Source of the DNA: an uncultured Candidatus Binatia bacterium
GTDB taxonomy: Bacteria > Desulfobacterota > Binatia > Bin18
Length of the DNA: 64,000 bases
Direction: 5' to 3'
Assembly (NCBI GenBank): GCA_965243735.1
Contig: CBDEVZ010000008.1
Span: forward strand, 3,447,190-3,511,189
Part shown: piece by piece, positions 35,007 to 48,184 of the stretch
Numbering within the stretch: the stretch's first letter is position 1
How the letters are laid out: each line of letters begins with the position of its first letter
Program-made: the position numbers and the translations under genes
The notes under the pieces: model-generated
The model's database searches: none
Told to the model about the DNA's origin: nothing
The model's input: only the letters and a program-made list of their open reading frames with translations

Positions 35007-35261
35007 ATGCTGTTGGCAAAAGTCTACGTGACCCCCAAAAAGGCCATTCTCGACCCCCAGGGCAAGGCGGTGGCGGCCTCGCTGCACGCCCTCGACTATA
35101 CCGAAGTCAGCGACGTGCGGATGGGCAAATACCTGGAGATTCGCCTCCGCGGCCTGGCCTCGGACCAGGCCCGGCAGCGGGTCGAAGAGATGTGTCAGCG
35201 GCTATTGGCCAACCAGATCATTGAGGACTTTCGCTTTGAGCTGGTTGAGCAAAGTGAGTAG
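35007..35261 (+). CDS. purS: FGAM synthase subunit PurS
   Basis: ILDPQGKAV, VRMGKYLE, LLANQIIEDF. Confidence 0.95.
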   Translation: MLLAKVYVTPKKAILDPQGKAVAASLHALDYTEVSDVRMGKYLEIRLRGLASDQARQRVEEMCQRLLANQIIEDFRFELVEQSE

Positions 35262-35267
35262 CGGACG

Positions 35268-35954
35268 ATGAAGTGGGGGGTGGTCACCTTTCCCGGCTCA
35301 AACGACGACCGCGACGCAGTCTACTGCCTGGAGACGGTTCTGGACCAACACGTCGTCCGGCTGTGGCATAAGGACGCCGCGCTGCACGGCGTGGACGCGA
35401 TTGTCCTGCCCGGCGGCTTTTCGTACGGCGATTATCTGCGCTGCGGCGCCCTGGCCCGCTTTTCCCCAGTCATGCAGAGTGTTATCGCCTTTGCCGAGGC
35501 GGGCGGGCCGGTGCTGGGCATGTGTAACGGTTTTCAGATTCTGTGCGAGTCGGGACTGCTGCCCGGCGCCCTGGTTCGCAATCAGTCGCTGCTGTTCATC
35601 AACGACTGGGCCTGGGTGCGGGTGGACAATACCCGCACCGCGTTTACCTCCACGTGTCGGGCCGGCCAGACCCTGCGCCTGCCGATCAAACATGGCGAGG
35701 GCTGCTATGTTGCCGACGCGCCTACTCTGCGAGCGCTCGAAGACAACGGCCAGGTCGTGTTTCGCTACGTGACCCGGGAGGGTGCGCCCAAGGCCGACGC
35801 CAACCCCAACGGCTCGCTCAACAATATCGCCGGGATCACCAACCCACAGGGCAATGTCGTCGGCCTGATGCCCCACCCCGAGCACGCCGTTGAGGCGCTG
35901 CTGGGCGGAGAGGACGGGCGGCGGTTGTTCGCCGGCGTGGGGGAGAGTTGTTAG
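35268..35954 (+). CDS. purQ: FGAM synthase glutaminase subunit
   Basis: FPGSN, GGFSYGDYLR, CNGFQ, MPHPE. Confidence 0.97.
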   Translation: MKWGVVTFPGSNDDRDAVYCLETVLDQHVVRLWHKDAALHGVDAIVLPGGFSYGDYLRCGALARFSPVMQSVIAFAEAGGPVLGMCNGFQILCESGLLPGALVRNQSLLFINDWAWVRVDNTRTAFTSTCRAGQTLRLPIKHGEGCYVADAPTLRALEDNGQVVFRYVTREGAPKADANPNGSLNNIAGITNPQGNVVGLMPHPEHAVEALLGGEDGRRLFAGVGESC

Positions 35955-36021
35955 TGGTCAGTGGCTAGTGGCTAGTGGCCAGTTCTGAACACTCAACACT
36001 GAACACTCGAAACTCAACACT
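35952..36021. repeat. Ten 7-nt tandem units in two inverted blocks
   Basis: (YAGTGGY)x4, CAGTTCT, then five SAACACT-like units. Confidence 0.8.
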
Positions 36022-36028
36022 CATCAGC

Positions 36029-38299
36029 ATGGCACCCCCCAGCCCGACCGTTACGCTCCAACTCGCCCAGGACCACGGCCTGACCGCAGCCGAATACGAC
36101 CGCATTATCGAGCTGTTGGGTCGCACCCCGAGCTTTGAGGAGCTGGGGGTCTTTTCGGTCATGTGGTCTGAGCACTGCAGCTATAAAAGCTCGCGGCGTC
36201 TGCTGGCCCAGCTGCCGACCACAGGTCCGGCCATTCTCCAGGGTCCGGGCGAAAACGCGGGCATTGTCGATATTGGCGACGGGCTGGCCGTGGTGTTCAA
36301 GATCGAGAGCCACAACCATCCCTCGTTCATCGAACCCTATCACGGCGCAGCCACCGGCGTGGGCGGCATTCTGCGCGATGTGTTTACCATGGGCGCCCGG
36401 CCGATCGCCTCGCTCAACTCGCTGCGCTTTGGCGCGCCCGACCACCCGCGCACCCCCTACCTGCTCAGGGGCGTGGTGGCCGGCATCGGCGGCTACGGCA
36501 ACAGCGTTGGTGTACCGACGGTCGGCGGCGAGGTGTACTTCGACCCCGGCTATAACGGTAATATCCTGGTCAACGCCTTCAGTCTGGGGGTGGTCAGGAC
36601 CGACCGGATTTTTCGCGCTCGGGCGGCTGGGGCGGGCAACCCTGTCATCTACGTTGGCTCGCGCACCGGCCGGGATGGCATTCATGGCGCCAGCCTGCTC
36701 GCCTCGCGCGAATTTGACGCCCGTTCGGAAGAACTCCGGCCGGCCGTGCAGGTCGGCGACCCGTTTACCGAAAACCTGCTGATCGAGGCCTGCCTGGAGC
36801 TGATGCAGCGCGATCTCATCGTGGCCATTCAAGACATGGGAGCAGCCGGCCTGACCAGCTCATCGGTCGAGATGGCCGGCCGGGGGGGAACCGGCTTTGT
36901 GCTGAATCTCGACGCCGTACCCACCCGCGAGGACGGCATCAGCGCCTATGAACTGCTCCTGTCGGAGTCCCAGGAACGGATGCTGCTGGTGGCCAAGGCG
37001 GGCTGCGAAGATGAAGTCCGGGCGCTGTTCTCGCGCTGGGACCTGCCCGCCGTGGTGGTCGGCCGGGTCACCGACGACGGCCTGTTTCGGGCTGCCTGGC
37101 AGGGCCGAGAGGTGGTCCGCCTACCGGTCTCGGCACTGACCGACGCGGCCCCGGCCTACGAGCGCCCGGCCCGCAGGCCGGACGACCTCGACCAACGCCA
37201 AACCCTCGACCTGACCAGCCTGCCCCTGCCCGGCGATTACAACGCCGTCCTGCTGCGGCTGCTGACTTCGCCCAATCTGGCCAGCAAGGAATGGGTGTAT
37301 CGGCAGTACGATAGCCTGGTCAGCGGCAACACGGTTGTCCAGCCCGGCTCGGACGCGGCTGTGCTGCGGATCAAGGGCACCACGACCGGGGTCGGCCTGA
37401 GCGTGGACTGCAACAGCCGCTACTGCGCCCAGGACCCGTATCGCGGCGCGCTGATCGCCGTGGCCGAGAGCGCGCGCAACCTGGCCGTCAGCGGCGCGCG
37501 ACCGCTGGCCGTGTCCGACTGCCTGAATTTTGGCAACCCGGAAAAACCCGAGGTCATGTGGCAGTTCCAGCAGGCCATTGCCGGCATGCGCGACGCGTGT
37601 CAGGCGCTCGGCTTGGCCGTTGTCAGCGGTAACGTCAGCTTTTACAACGAAACCGAGAGCCGGGCGATTCCGCCCACGCCGACCGTAGCCATGGTCGGCC
37701 TGCTGACGGATGTCGGCCGACGGCTGACCCAGTGGTTCAAGCGGCCGGGCGAGGTGATCGTCCTGGTGGGCGACACTTTGGAAGAGTTGGGCGCCAGCGA
37801 GTATCTGGCCGTAATGCATGACCGGGTGGCCGGCCGGCCGCCGCAGCTGGACCTGGAGCGCGAAAAACGCCTCCACCGGCTGTGTCTCGACGCCAGCGCC
37901 GAAGACCTGCTGTCTTCGGCCCACGATGTCGCCGAGGGCGGTCTGGCCGTGGCCCTGGCCGAGGCGTGTATCAGCGGTCCGACCGCGCTCGGGGCTCAGG
38001 TGCGTCTGGCCGGCGCCGGACGGCCCGACGCCCAGCTGTTTGGCGAAAGCCAGTCCCGGGTGCTAGTCTCATTGCCTGAGGCCAAACTGACCCGGCTCCA
38101 GACCCTGGCCGGGGCGGCCGACCTGCCGTGCCGTGTCCTGGGCCGGGTCGGCGGAAGCGTTTTAGAGTTGAAGGTGGACGAGGCTGAGCAATCGAGCGAG
38201 ACGCGAGCAGCGTCCCCCCCTACCGGCGGCATACGCCTGCCGGTCACCCGGCTCGCCCACGAGTGGCGGACCGCCCTGGCCCGCCAGCTGGGGCTGTGA
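36029..38299 (+). CDS. purL: FGAM synthase subunit PurL
   Basis: [31 protein letters not shown]. Confidence 0.97.
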   Translation: MAPPSPTVTLQLAQDHGLTAAEYDRIIELLGRTPSFEELGVFSVMWSEHCSYKSSRRLLAQLPTTGPAILQGPGENAGIVDIGDGLAVVFKIESHNHPSFIEPYHGAATGVGGILRDVFTMGARPIASLNSLRFGAPDHPRTPYLLRGVVAGIGGYGNSVGVPTVGGEVYFDPGYNGNILVNAFSLGVVRTDRIFRARAAGAGNPVIYVGSRTGRDGIHGASLLASREFDARSEELRPAVQVGDPFTENLLIEACLELMQRDLIVAIQDMGAAGLTSSSVEMAGRGGTGFVLNLDAVPTREDGISAYELLLSESQERMLLVAKAGCEDEVRALFSRWDLPAVVVGRVTDDGLFRAAWQGREVVRLPVSALTDAAPAYERPARRPDDLDQRQTLDLTSLPLPGDYNAVLLRLLTSPNLASKEWVYRQYDSLVSGNTVVQPGSDAAVLRIKGTTTGVGLSVDCNSRYCAQDPYRGALIAVAESARNLAVSGARPLAVSDCLNFGNPEKPEVMWQFQQAIAGMRDACQALGLAVVSGNVSFYNETESRAIPPTPTVAMVGLLTDVGRRLTQWFKRPGEVIVLVGDTLEELGASEYLAVMHDRVAGRPPQLDLEREKRLHRLCLDASAEDLLSSAHDVAEGGLAVALAEACISGPTALGAQVRLAGAGRPDAQLFGESQSRVLVSLPEAKLTRLQTLAGAADLPCRVLGRVGGSVLELKVDEAEQSSETRAASPPTGGIRLPVTRLAHEWRTALARQLGL

Positions 38300-38376
38300 A
38301 GCGGACGGCCGGAATGGAGAATCGTGATGACCGCGAGCCGCAACAGGCAATCACGCTTCCCCATCAAGGAGGTTCC

Positions 38377-39813
38377 ATGCTGGACACACACGACCGATCC
38401 GACCGGTTTCATGAAGAGTGTGGCGTGGTCGGCATCTATGGTCACCCGGACGCGGCCAATCTGGCCTACCTGTCGCTGTACGCCCTGCAGCACCGGGGCC
38501 AGGAATCGGCCGGGATCGTGTCGTCCAACGGCCAGGCCCTGCTCGCCCATCGCGGCCTCGGCCTGGTCGCCGATATTTTTGACGAACGCCAGATCCGGCG
38601 CCTGGAGGGCACCAGCGCCATCGGCCATAACCGCTACTCTACGGCCGGCTCGACGGTTCTCAGAAATACCCAGCCCCTGGTCGCCCGCTATACCTACGGT
38701 TCGCTGGCGGTCGGGCATAACGGCAATCTGGTCAACGCCGACGAGCTACGCCTGCGGCTGGAACATCAGGGCTCGATCTTTCAGTCCACGGTCGATACCG
38801 AGGTCATCCTGCACCTGATTGCCGGCGCCCAGGCCCCGACCCTGATTGACCGGATCATCGAAGCCCTGGCCCAGCTACGCGGAGCCTACTCGCTGGTGTT
38901 TCTGACCGAGAACGCCATGGTCGCCGCCCGCGATCCCTACGGCTTTCGTCCGCTGGTGATGGGCCGGATTCAGGACGGGGAGCGGCAGACCACGGTCGTC
39001 GCCTCAGAAACCTGCGCCTTTGACCTGATCGGCGCCCGCTACGAACGGGAGCTTGAGCCGGGCGAGGTGGTCTTGTGTACGTCGCAGGGCTTGCAGTCGT
39101 ACAAGCCGTTCCCGCGTGAGCCGCTGTCGCGGTGTGTGTTCGAATATATCTACTTCTCGCGGCCCGACAGCAAGCTGTACGGCAAGAGCGTCTACCAGGT
39201 TCGCCAGGCATTTGGTCGCCAGCTGGCCCGCGAGGCCCCGGTCGAGGCTGATATCGTCATCCCCGTCCCCGACTCCGGGGTGCCGCCGGCGCTCGGCTAC
39301 GCTCAGCAGGCGGATCTGCCGTTCGAGATGGGCCTGATCCGCAACCACTATGTCGGCCGCACCTTCATTGAGCCCCGCGACGCCATCCGCCACTTTGGCG
39401 TCAAGATCAAGCTCAACGCCCAGGCCGACGTGCTGCGCGGCAAGCGGATCGTGGTGGTTGACGACTCGATTGTCAGGGGTACGACCAGCCGCAAGATCAT
39501 CACCATGATCCGCAGCGCCGGCGCGCGCGAGGTCCATATGCGGATCAGCTCCCCGCCGACGGTCGGTCCGTGCTACTACGGTGTTGATACGCCCAAGCGG
39601 CGCGAGCTGATCGCCGCCAACCAGGACGTTGAAGCCATTCGGCGCTATATCACGGCCGACAGCCTGTCGTATCTGAGCCAGGCCGGCCTGTACGTTGCCC
39701 TCGAAGCGTCCCAGGCCGGTTTCTGTGACGCCTGCTTTACCGACCGCTACCCGGTCCCGCTCGGCGAGCGTCCCAAGGGCAGCCAACTGGCCCTGTTTGA
39801 GCTGGACCGCTGA
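38377..39813 (+). CDS. purF: Amidophosphoribosyltransferase
   Basis: EECGVVG, QHRGQE, VDDSIVRGTT. Confidence 0.97.
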   Translation: MLDTHDRSDRFHEECGVVGIYGHPDAANLAYLSLYALQHRGQESAGIVSSNGQALLAHRGLGLVADIFDERQIRRLEGTSAIGHNRYSTAGSTVLRNTQPLVARYTYGSLAVGHNGNLVNADELRLRLEHQGSIFQSTVDTEVILHLIAGAQAPTLIDRIIEALAQLRGAYSLVFLTENAMVAARDPYGFRPLVMGRIQDGERQTTVVASETCAFDLIGARYERELEPGEVVLCTSQGLQSYKPFPREPLSRCVFEYIYFSRPDSKLYGKSVYQVRQAFGRQLAREAPVEADIVIPVPDSGVPPALGYAQQADLPFEMGLIRNHYVGRTFIEPRDAIRHFGVKIKLNAQADVLRGKRIVVVDDSIVRGTTSRKIITMIRSAGAREVHMRISSPPTVGPCYYGVDTPKRRELIAANQDVEAIRRYITADSLSYLSQAGLYVALEASQAGFCDACFTDRYPVPLGERPKGSQLALFELDR

Positions 39814-39843
39814 AGGATTGAATCTGGTTGCGTATTGGGAGGG

Positions 39844-41478
39844 CTATAGCGGCACGCGCGTGTCCTGCCTCGCACCGTCGTGCGGGGCGTCGAGGCGCAC
39901 GACCGTATCCCGTTGCCAAGCGTGGTCGGCGGTGTGCGGATAATCCAGGGTGGCGTGCAGGCCGCGGCTCTCACAGCGCAGCCGGGCGCAGCGGATAATC
40001 AGCTCGGCCACGGTGGCCAGGTTGCGCAGCTCCAGCACATCGCCGGTCACCAGGAAGTTCCAGTAGTAGTCCCGAATCTCGTCATGAATCAGGTCAATCC
40101 GGCGCTGGGCGCGGGCCAGACGACGGTCGCTGCGCACGATGCCGACGTAGTTCCACATCAGGCGGCGGATTTCCTCCCAGGTCTGGGTCACTACGACCAT
40201 CTCATCGCTATCGACCGCCTGACCCGGGTTCCAGTCGGCAAAGGCCGGGCTCGGCTGACGGTCGGTGGCCAGAAAATCGTGGGCGTGGACAAACACCCGG
40301 TGGGCAAACACCACGGCTTCAAGCAGCGAGTTGGACGCCAGGCGGTTGGCCCCGTGCAGACCCGACATGCTGACCTCGCCGGCCGCGTACAGACGCCGGA
40401 GGGCGGTCGCGCCGTGCAGGTCAATAACCACCCCACCACACATATAGTGGGCCGCAGGGACGACCGGAATCGGCTCGCGGGTCAGATCAATTCCGTACTC
40501 CAGACAGCGTTGGGAGATGACCGGAAAGCGCTGACGCAGAAAATCTGCGCTGCGGTGGCTGATGTCGAGGAAGACCGACGCGAAGCCGTGCGTCTTCATC
40601 TCGCGGTCAATCGCCCGCGCCACCACGTCGCGGGGCGCCAACTCGGCCCGCTCATCATACTCGGCCATGAAGGCTGTGCCGTCCGGACGGCACAGCACCG
40701 CCCCCTCGCCGCGCAGGGCTTCGGAAATCAGAAACGACTTGGCCTGGGGATGAAACAGACAGGTCGGGTGAAACTGAAAAAATTCGAGGTTGGCGACCGG
40801 CGCGCCGGCCCGATAGGCCATCGCCACCCCGTCGCCTGTCGCCACATCGGGATTACTGGTGTACAGGTAGACCTTGCCCGCCCCGCCGGTGCACAGCACG
40901 GTGACCCGGGCGGTAAAGGTCGTGACCTGATTGGTTTCCAGGTCGAGCACATAGGCTCCCCAGCACTCCGTGCCGGCCGGTCCGCCCGTGGTCAGCAGAT
41001 CGACCCCCATGTGGTTTTCAAGAATGCGGATATTGGGCTGGCCACGGACGGCGTCGACCAGGGCTCGGATAATTTCCTGACCGGTGGCATCGGCCGCGTG
41101 CAGGATGCGCCGGTACGAATGGCCGCCCTCAAGGCCCAAGTCGTACTCCTCGGCCCGACCGCCGTTGCCGCTCCGCCGCGAAAAGTTGGTGCCCAGCGCA
41201 ATCAGTTCCCGAGTTCGCTCCGGTCCCTCGCGGACGACGGTCTCGACCACCTGGGGATGACACATCCCGGCCCCGGCTTTGAGGGTATCGCGGGTGTGTG
41301 CCTCAAAGGAATCGTCGGCGCTCCAGACCGAGGCGATGCCGCCCTGGGCGTAGGCGCTGTTGCTCTCCGGGAGACGGTCTTTGGTCACAATCGTGACCGA
41401 GCTGTGAACGGCCGCTTTGAGGGCCAGACTGAGGCCGGCGATACCGCTGCCGATGATCAGATAGTCGGTTGTATCCAT
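39844..41478 (-). CDS. nadB: L-aspartate oxidase
   Basis: GSGIAG, AQGGIA, EGGHS.RRILH, QFHPT, HGANRLASNSLLE. Confidence 0.95.
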   Translation of the reverse strand: MDTTDYLIIGSGIAGLSLALKAAVHSSVTIVTKDRLPESNSAYAQGGIASVWSADDSFEAHTRDTLKAGAGMCHPQVVETVVREGPERTRELIALGTNFSRRSGNGGRAEEYDLGLEGGHSYRRILHAADATGQEIIRALVDAVRGQPNIRILENHMGVDLLTTGGPAGTECWGAYVLDLETNQVTTFTARVTVLCTGGAGKVYLYTSNPDVATGDGVAMAYRAGAPVANLEFFQFHPTCLFHPQAKSFLISEALRGEGAVLCRPDGTAFMAEYDERAELAPRDVVARAIDREMKTHGFASVFLDISHRSADFLRQRFPVISQRCLEYGIDLTREPIPVVPAAHYMCGGVVIDLHGATALRRLYAAGEVSMSGLHGANRLASNSLLEAVVFAHRVFVHAHDFLATDRQPSPAFADWNPGQAVDSDEMVVVTQTWEEIRRLMWNYVGIVRSDRRLARAQRRIDLIHDEIRDYYWNFLVTGDVLELRNLATVAELIIRCARLRCESRGLHATLDYPHTADHAWQRDTVVRLDAPHDGARQDTRVPL

Positions 41479-41591
41479 GGGCCGGCCCATTGCTGACATG
41501 TCGATACTGCGGAGTCAAGGCGGGCGGGCAGCCCGGCGGTGGGGACAGGAATTTGACCTGGGGCGCAAAATTGCTTATGTGGGGGGCTGTT

Positions 41592-42260
41592 ATGCCGTCG
41601 GTGTCACACCTGCCTAACCTGCTGAGCCTGTTTCGCATCGCCCTGATCCCATTGCTGATGTACTATCTGACCGACCCCGGACCGAGCGCCGGGGTGTGGG
41701 CGTTCTGGATCTTTTTTGTGGCCAGCTGGACCGACTATTTTGACGGCTATATCGCCCGCCTCCAGGGTCGGACCAGCACCCTGGGCAAGCTACTCGATCC
41801 CTTGGCCGACAAGCTGCTGATGACGGCCGCCCTGATCATGCTGCTCAGCCTCGACCGTTTTCCACGGGTTCCGGCCTGGCTGGTCGTGCTGCTGATCGGG
41901 CGCGAGATTGCGGTCACCGGGCTACGCGGTATTGCGGCCGGTGCCGGGGTGATTGTTGAGGCCGAAGCGCTCGGCAAGTATAAAACCCTGTGCCAGATCT
42001 TTGCCGTCCACAGCCTGATCCTGCACTACACCTATTGGTACATCAATTTTCATCTGACCGGGATGTATTTTCTGTGGCTGTCAGTCGTGTTCAGCATGTG
42101 GTCCGGGGTTGACTACCATATCAAGGTCATCCGCCAGCTGTCGGCCGATCGTCCGGCGTCCCACAATGGGCAAGACCAGCAGGACCAGCAGGACCGGCAG
42201 GACGGACAGGACCGGGACACTGCCCGCACCAACGGGCGGGGCGTCACGGTCAGCCACTGA
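41592..42260 (+). CDS. pgsA: CDP-diacylglycerol-glycerol-3-phosphate 3-phosphatidyltransferase
   Basis: PNLLSLFRI, TDYFDGYIAR, GKLLDPLADK. Confidence 0.92.
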   Translation: MPSVSHLPNLLSLFRIALIPLLMYYLTDPGPSAGVWAFWIFFVASWTDYFDGYIARLQGRTSTLGKLLDPLADKLLMTAALIMLLSLDRFPRVPAWLVVLLIGREIAVTGLRGIAAGAGVIVEAEALGKYKTLCQIFAVHSLILHYTYWYINFHLTGMYFLWLSVVFSMWSGVDYHIKVIRQLSADRPASHNGQDQQDQQDRQDGQDRDTARTNGRGVTVSH

Positions 42261-42285
42261 GCCGACCCGACGCTGAGAGAACGGC

Positions 42286-43293
42286 ATGCGGGTTTTAGTC
42301 ACCGGAGCGGCCGGTTTTATCGGCTTTCATGTTGCGGCCCGGCTGCTCGCCCGTGGGGATGCGGTCATCGGCCTGGACAATCTCAACGCCTACTACGATG
42401 TGGGGCTGAAACACGCCCGGCTGGCCCGGCTCAGCCGGGAGGCCGGCTTCAGCTTCCATAAACTCGATCTGACCGACCGGGCGGGTATGGCCGACCTCTT
42501 TCGACGCCACCGGCCGGAGCGAGTCATCCACCTGGCCGCTCAAGCCGGCGTCCGCCACTCGCTGACCGACCCGCACGCCTATGTCGAGAGCAACCTGGTC
42601 GGCTTTCTGAACGTGGTCGAGGGCTGCCGGGCGACCCGAACCGCCCACTTGGTGTACGCTTCGAGCAGCTCGGTGTACGGGGCGAACACCACGCTGCCGT
42701 TTTCGGTCCACCACAATGTCGATCATCCGGTCTCGCTGTACGCGGCGTCCAAAAAGGCCAACGAGCTGATGGCCCATACCTATAGCCACCTGTACGGCCT
42801 GCCGACGACCGGCCTGCGATTTTTTACGGTCTACGGTCCGTGGGGTCGGCCGGATATGGCCCCCTTCGTGTTTACCCGCGCCATTCTGGCCGGCGAGCCT
42901 ATAGCGGTCTTCAACAACGGCCAAATGCGCCGTGATTTCACCTACATCGACGATATTGTCGAAGGCGTGGTCCGTGTGCTGGACAGCGTTGCGCGACCGA
43001 ACCCGGACTGGTCCGGTCAGACGCCCGACCCGGGCAGCAGCGCGGCACCCTACCGCCTGTATAACATCGGCAACACTCAGCCGGTCGAACTGCTCAACTT
43101 TATTGCCGTCCTGGAGGAATGCCTGGGGCGCCCGGCCAAAAAGGACTTCCAGCCTCTCCAGGCCGGCGACGTGCTGGAGACCTGCGCCGACGTGGACGAC
43201 CTGGTCCAGGCCGTCGGCTTTCGGCCGAGCACGCCGTTGCGCGAGGGCATTGCCCGATTCGTGGAATGGTACCGGGCCTACTACCGGTGTTAG
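42286..43293 (+). CDS. NAD-dependent epimerase (UDP-glucuronate 4-epimerase-like)
   Basis: GAAGFIG, LAAQAGVR, YAASK, YGPWGRPDMA. Confidence 0.9.
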   Translation: MRVLVTGAAGFIGFHVAARLLARGDAVIGLDNLNAYYDVGLKHARLARLSREAGFSFHKLDLTDRAGMADLFRRHRPERVIHLAAQAGVRHSLTDPHAYVESNLVGFLNVVEGCRATRTAHLVYASSSSVYGANTTLPFSVHHNVDHPVSLYAASKKANELMAHTYSHLYGLPTTGLRFFTVYGPWGRPDMAPFVFTRAILAGEPIAVFNNGQMRRDFTYIDDIVEGVVRVLDSVARPNPDWSGQTPDPGSSAAPYRLYNIGNTQPVELLNFIAVLEECLGRPAKKDFQPLQAGDVLETCADVDDLVQAVGFRPSTPLREGIARFVEWYRAYYRC

Positions 43294-43296
43294 GGC

Positions 43297-43563
43297 TCAG
43301 GTCTGGTCCGGCGTCAGGGTGGTGAGGGCCAGGGCGTGAATCGCCCCACCCATCTCGTCGGCCAGCGCCGCATAGACCAGGCGGTGCCGCTGGACCCGGT
43401 TTTTTCCGCTGAACAGCGGCGACACAATACGCACCCGGTAGTGTCCCCCGCCCGAGGCCGCCCCGGCATGGCCGGCGTGCAGGGCGCTCTCGTCTTCAAC
43501 CGTGATGTCCAGGGCTTCGAGCCGGAGCCGGAGCACCTGTTCGATTTTCTGGGCGGTGTTCAT
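43297..43563 (-). CDS. bolA: BolA family protein
   Basis: HAGH, GHY, F.GKNRVQRHRLVY, IHALAL. Confidence 0.92.
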   Translation of the reverse strand: MNTAQKIEQVLRLRLEALDITVEDESALHAGHAGAASGGGHYRVRIVSPLFSGKNRVQRHRLVYAALADEMGGAIHALALTTLTPDQT

Positions 43564-43567
43564 TGGC

Positions 43568-44380
43568 TCAGGTATTCTGGCGACCCTTGGTCGAAGGAAA
43601 AGCGGGGCTGCGGCGCTCCTGCAGGGAGGCCAGGCCCTCGCCCACATCTTTGCCGAAGAAACCCAGCATCTCCAGGGCCAGCGAGTAGTCGAACGAGGTG
43701 GCGGCGGCGTTGCGCAGCCACTGGTTCAGGGACAGCTTGGTCCAGCGGATCGCCTGCTGGGCGCCGTTGGCCAGCTTGGTGGCGACCTCCATCGCCTTTG
43801 GCATCAGCTCGTCGTGGGGCACGACCATGCTGGCCAGGCCGATCCGCTCGGCCTCTGTGGCGTCCAGCATGTCGCAGGTCAGGAGGTAGTACTTGGCCTT
43901 GGCCATACCAACCAGCAGGGGCCAGATCGCGGCCGCATGATCGCCGGCCGCCACACCCAGCCGGGTGTGGCCATCGGTAAACTTGGCCTTTTCCGAGGCA
44001 ATGCTGATGTCGGCCATCAGCGCCACCGCCAGCCCGGCGCCGACCGCCACGCCGTTAATAGCCGAAATGATCGGCTTATTGCAGTTGATCATGTTGTGGA
44101 CGATGTCGCGCGCCTCTTTCATCGTCTGCGACACCACGTCGAGGTTGTCTATGGATTTCTCAACAACCTCGAAATCTCCGCCGGCCGAGAAGGCGCGCCC
44201 GGCGCCGGTAATTACGGCCACCCGGATGTCATCGTCCTCGGCAATATCGAGCCACACCTTGCTCAACTCGTAGTGCAAACGGAAGTTTGTCGAGTTCAGC
44301 GTCTCGGGGCGGTTGATGGTCAGCATGGCAATGCCGTCCTTGATCTCGATCACCAGATGCTCGTATTTGCTGTAGTCCAT
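43568..44380 (-). CDS. Enoyl-CoA hydratase/isomerase family protein
   Basis: AFSAGGD, INGVAVGAG crotonase motifs. Confidence 0.9.
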   Translation of the reverse strand: MDYSKYEHLVIEIKDGIAMLTINRPETLNSTNFRLHYELSKVWLDIAEDDDIRVAVITGAGRAFSAGGDFEVVEKSIDNLDVVSQTMKEARDIVHNMINCNKPIISAINGVAVGAGLAVALMADISIASEKAKFTDGHTRLGVAAGDHAAAIWPLLVGMAKAKYYLLTCDMLDATEAERIGLASMVVPHDELMPKAMEVATKLANGAQQAIRWTKLSLNQWLRNAAATSFDYSLALEMLGFFGKDVGEGLASLQERRSPAFPSTKGRQNT

Positions 44381-44447
44381 GCTCCTGTCTCCTTTCGGTC
44401 GAAGATAGCGGTAGACCGGTCCCGGTTGTGTCAGAGTGCCGCTCTGC

Positions 44448-47126
<2,679 letters not shown>

Positions 47127-47341
47127 CGGGGACACAGGAGAACGCTGACGCCCCCTTTGTGGCAGGACGCTCGTCCAGCGTCAAGCGAGCCGGCTGGCAA
47201 GTGGCCCCAAAAAGAAGGGGATCGCAGGCGAACAAACGCCCTCTCTTGCTCTTGACACGTTTTTGCCTGGAAGGCACGTCCATCATCTGGAATGGCTCTT
47301 TCATATCGCGCAATTTTGTGCGACATACAGTTCGCAAACCC

Positions 47342-47554
47342 ATGAACGGGCGTGAATTTATAGCAAAGATAAGAAGACTGGCTCGCAGAAACAATATCGC
47401 GGTCAGGTTTGATCGAACGAGAGGGAAAGGCAGTCACGGCACCTTATATTACGGTGACCGCCACACCGTGCTGAAAGACCGCAAAAAGTCCCTCAAAACC
47501 GGCACGCTGCACGGCATGTGCAAACAACTCGGGATTGACCCGGACGACCTGTAG
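47342..47554 (+). CDS. hicA: HicA toxin
   Basis: GKGSH motif and GTL..MCKQLGI; 70 aa, basic. Confidence 0.85.
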   Translation: MNGREFIAKIRRLARRNNIAVRFDRTRGKGSHGTLYYGDRHTVLKDRKKSLKTGTLHGMCKQLGIDPDDL

Positions 47555-47566
47555 GGAGACCTGCTC

Positions 47567-48001
47567 GTGACAACCCGATACAGCTACCCCATCGACCTGC
47601 ATGATGAACGTGAAGACGGCTTTTCGGTCACCTTCCCTGACTTTGACGAGGCGTTTACCGATGGCGACACCGTGGCCGAGGCAGTCACGGAAGCTGCGGA
47701 CTGCCTTGAGGAAGCTCTGGCGGGTCGCATTGCGCGACGGGAGAATATTCCAAGGCCGAGTCCGGCCAAGGACCGTCCTACAGTGGTTCCCGGTGCGATT
47801 TTGGCCGCTAAGGTAGCGCTGTACGAAGCCCTGCGCGAAAAGCAGCTGTCCAACAGCGCCTTCGCTCGGAGCATGCGCATTCAGGAAAGCGAGGTGCGCC
47901 GCATGCTCAATCCCCGTCACCCCACCAAGATAGGCAGGTTGGAAGAAGCCTTGGCCCGCGTCGGAAAACGTCTGGTGATTACGGTGGAAGAGGCCGCTTG
48001 A
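47567..48001 (+). CDS. hicB: HicB antitoxin with C-terminal HTH
   Basis: VTFPDF..AFTDGDT.AEA...IPRPS, followed by an XRE-like HTH. Confidence 0.9.
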   Translation: MTTRYSYPIDLHDEREDGFSVTFPDFDEAFTDGDTVAEAVTEAADCLEEALAGRIARRENIPRPSPAKDRPTVVPGAILAAKVALYEALREKQLSNSAFARSMRIQESEVRRMLNPRHPTKIGRLEEALARVGKRLVITVEEAA

Positions 48002-48013
48002 CTGTCAAGAAAA

Positions 48014-48039
48014 AAGTCCCTGGCTGGTCAGGGACTTTG
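48014..48039. terminator. Hairpin terminator between hicB and tRNA-Gly
   Basis: AAAGTCCCTG-GCTGGT-CAGGGACTTT, with a T-tract on the minus strand. Confidence 0.7.
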
Positions 48040-48044
48040 GAGGA

Positions 48045-48118
48045 AGCGGGTGACCGGCTTCGAACCGGCGACTTCGACCTTGGCAAGGTCGCGCTCTAGC
48101 CAGCTGAGCTACACCCGC
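48045..48118 (-). tRNA. tRNA-Gly(GCC)
   Basis: Reverse complement GCGGGTGTAGCTCAG...CGACCTTGCCAAGGTCG...GGTTCGAAGCC. Confidence 0.95.
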
Positions 48119-48184
48119 GTTGTCCCGGAAATGTACACCATAGCCCGGCGCAGTGTCAACGCGCCTGCGCCCTGACAAAGACCA

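Noticed and set aside
42170-42215. 9-nt CAGGACCAG repeats in the pgsA tail
   Set aside because: In-frame low-complexity C-terminal extension with no evidence of function or phase variation.
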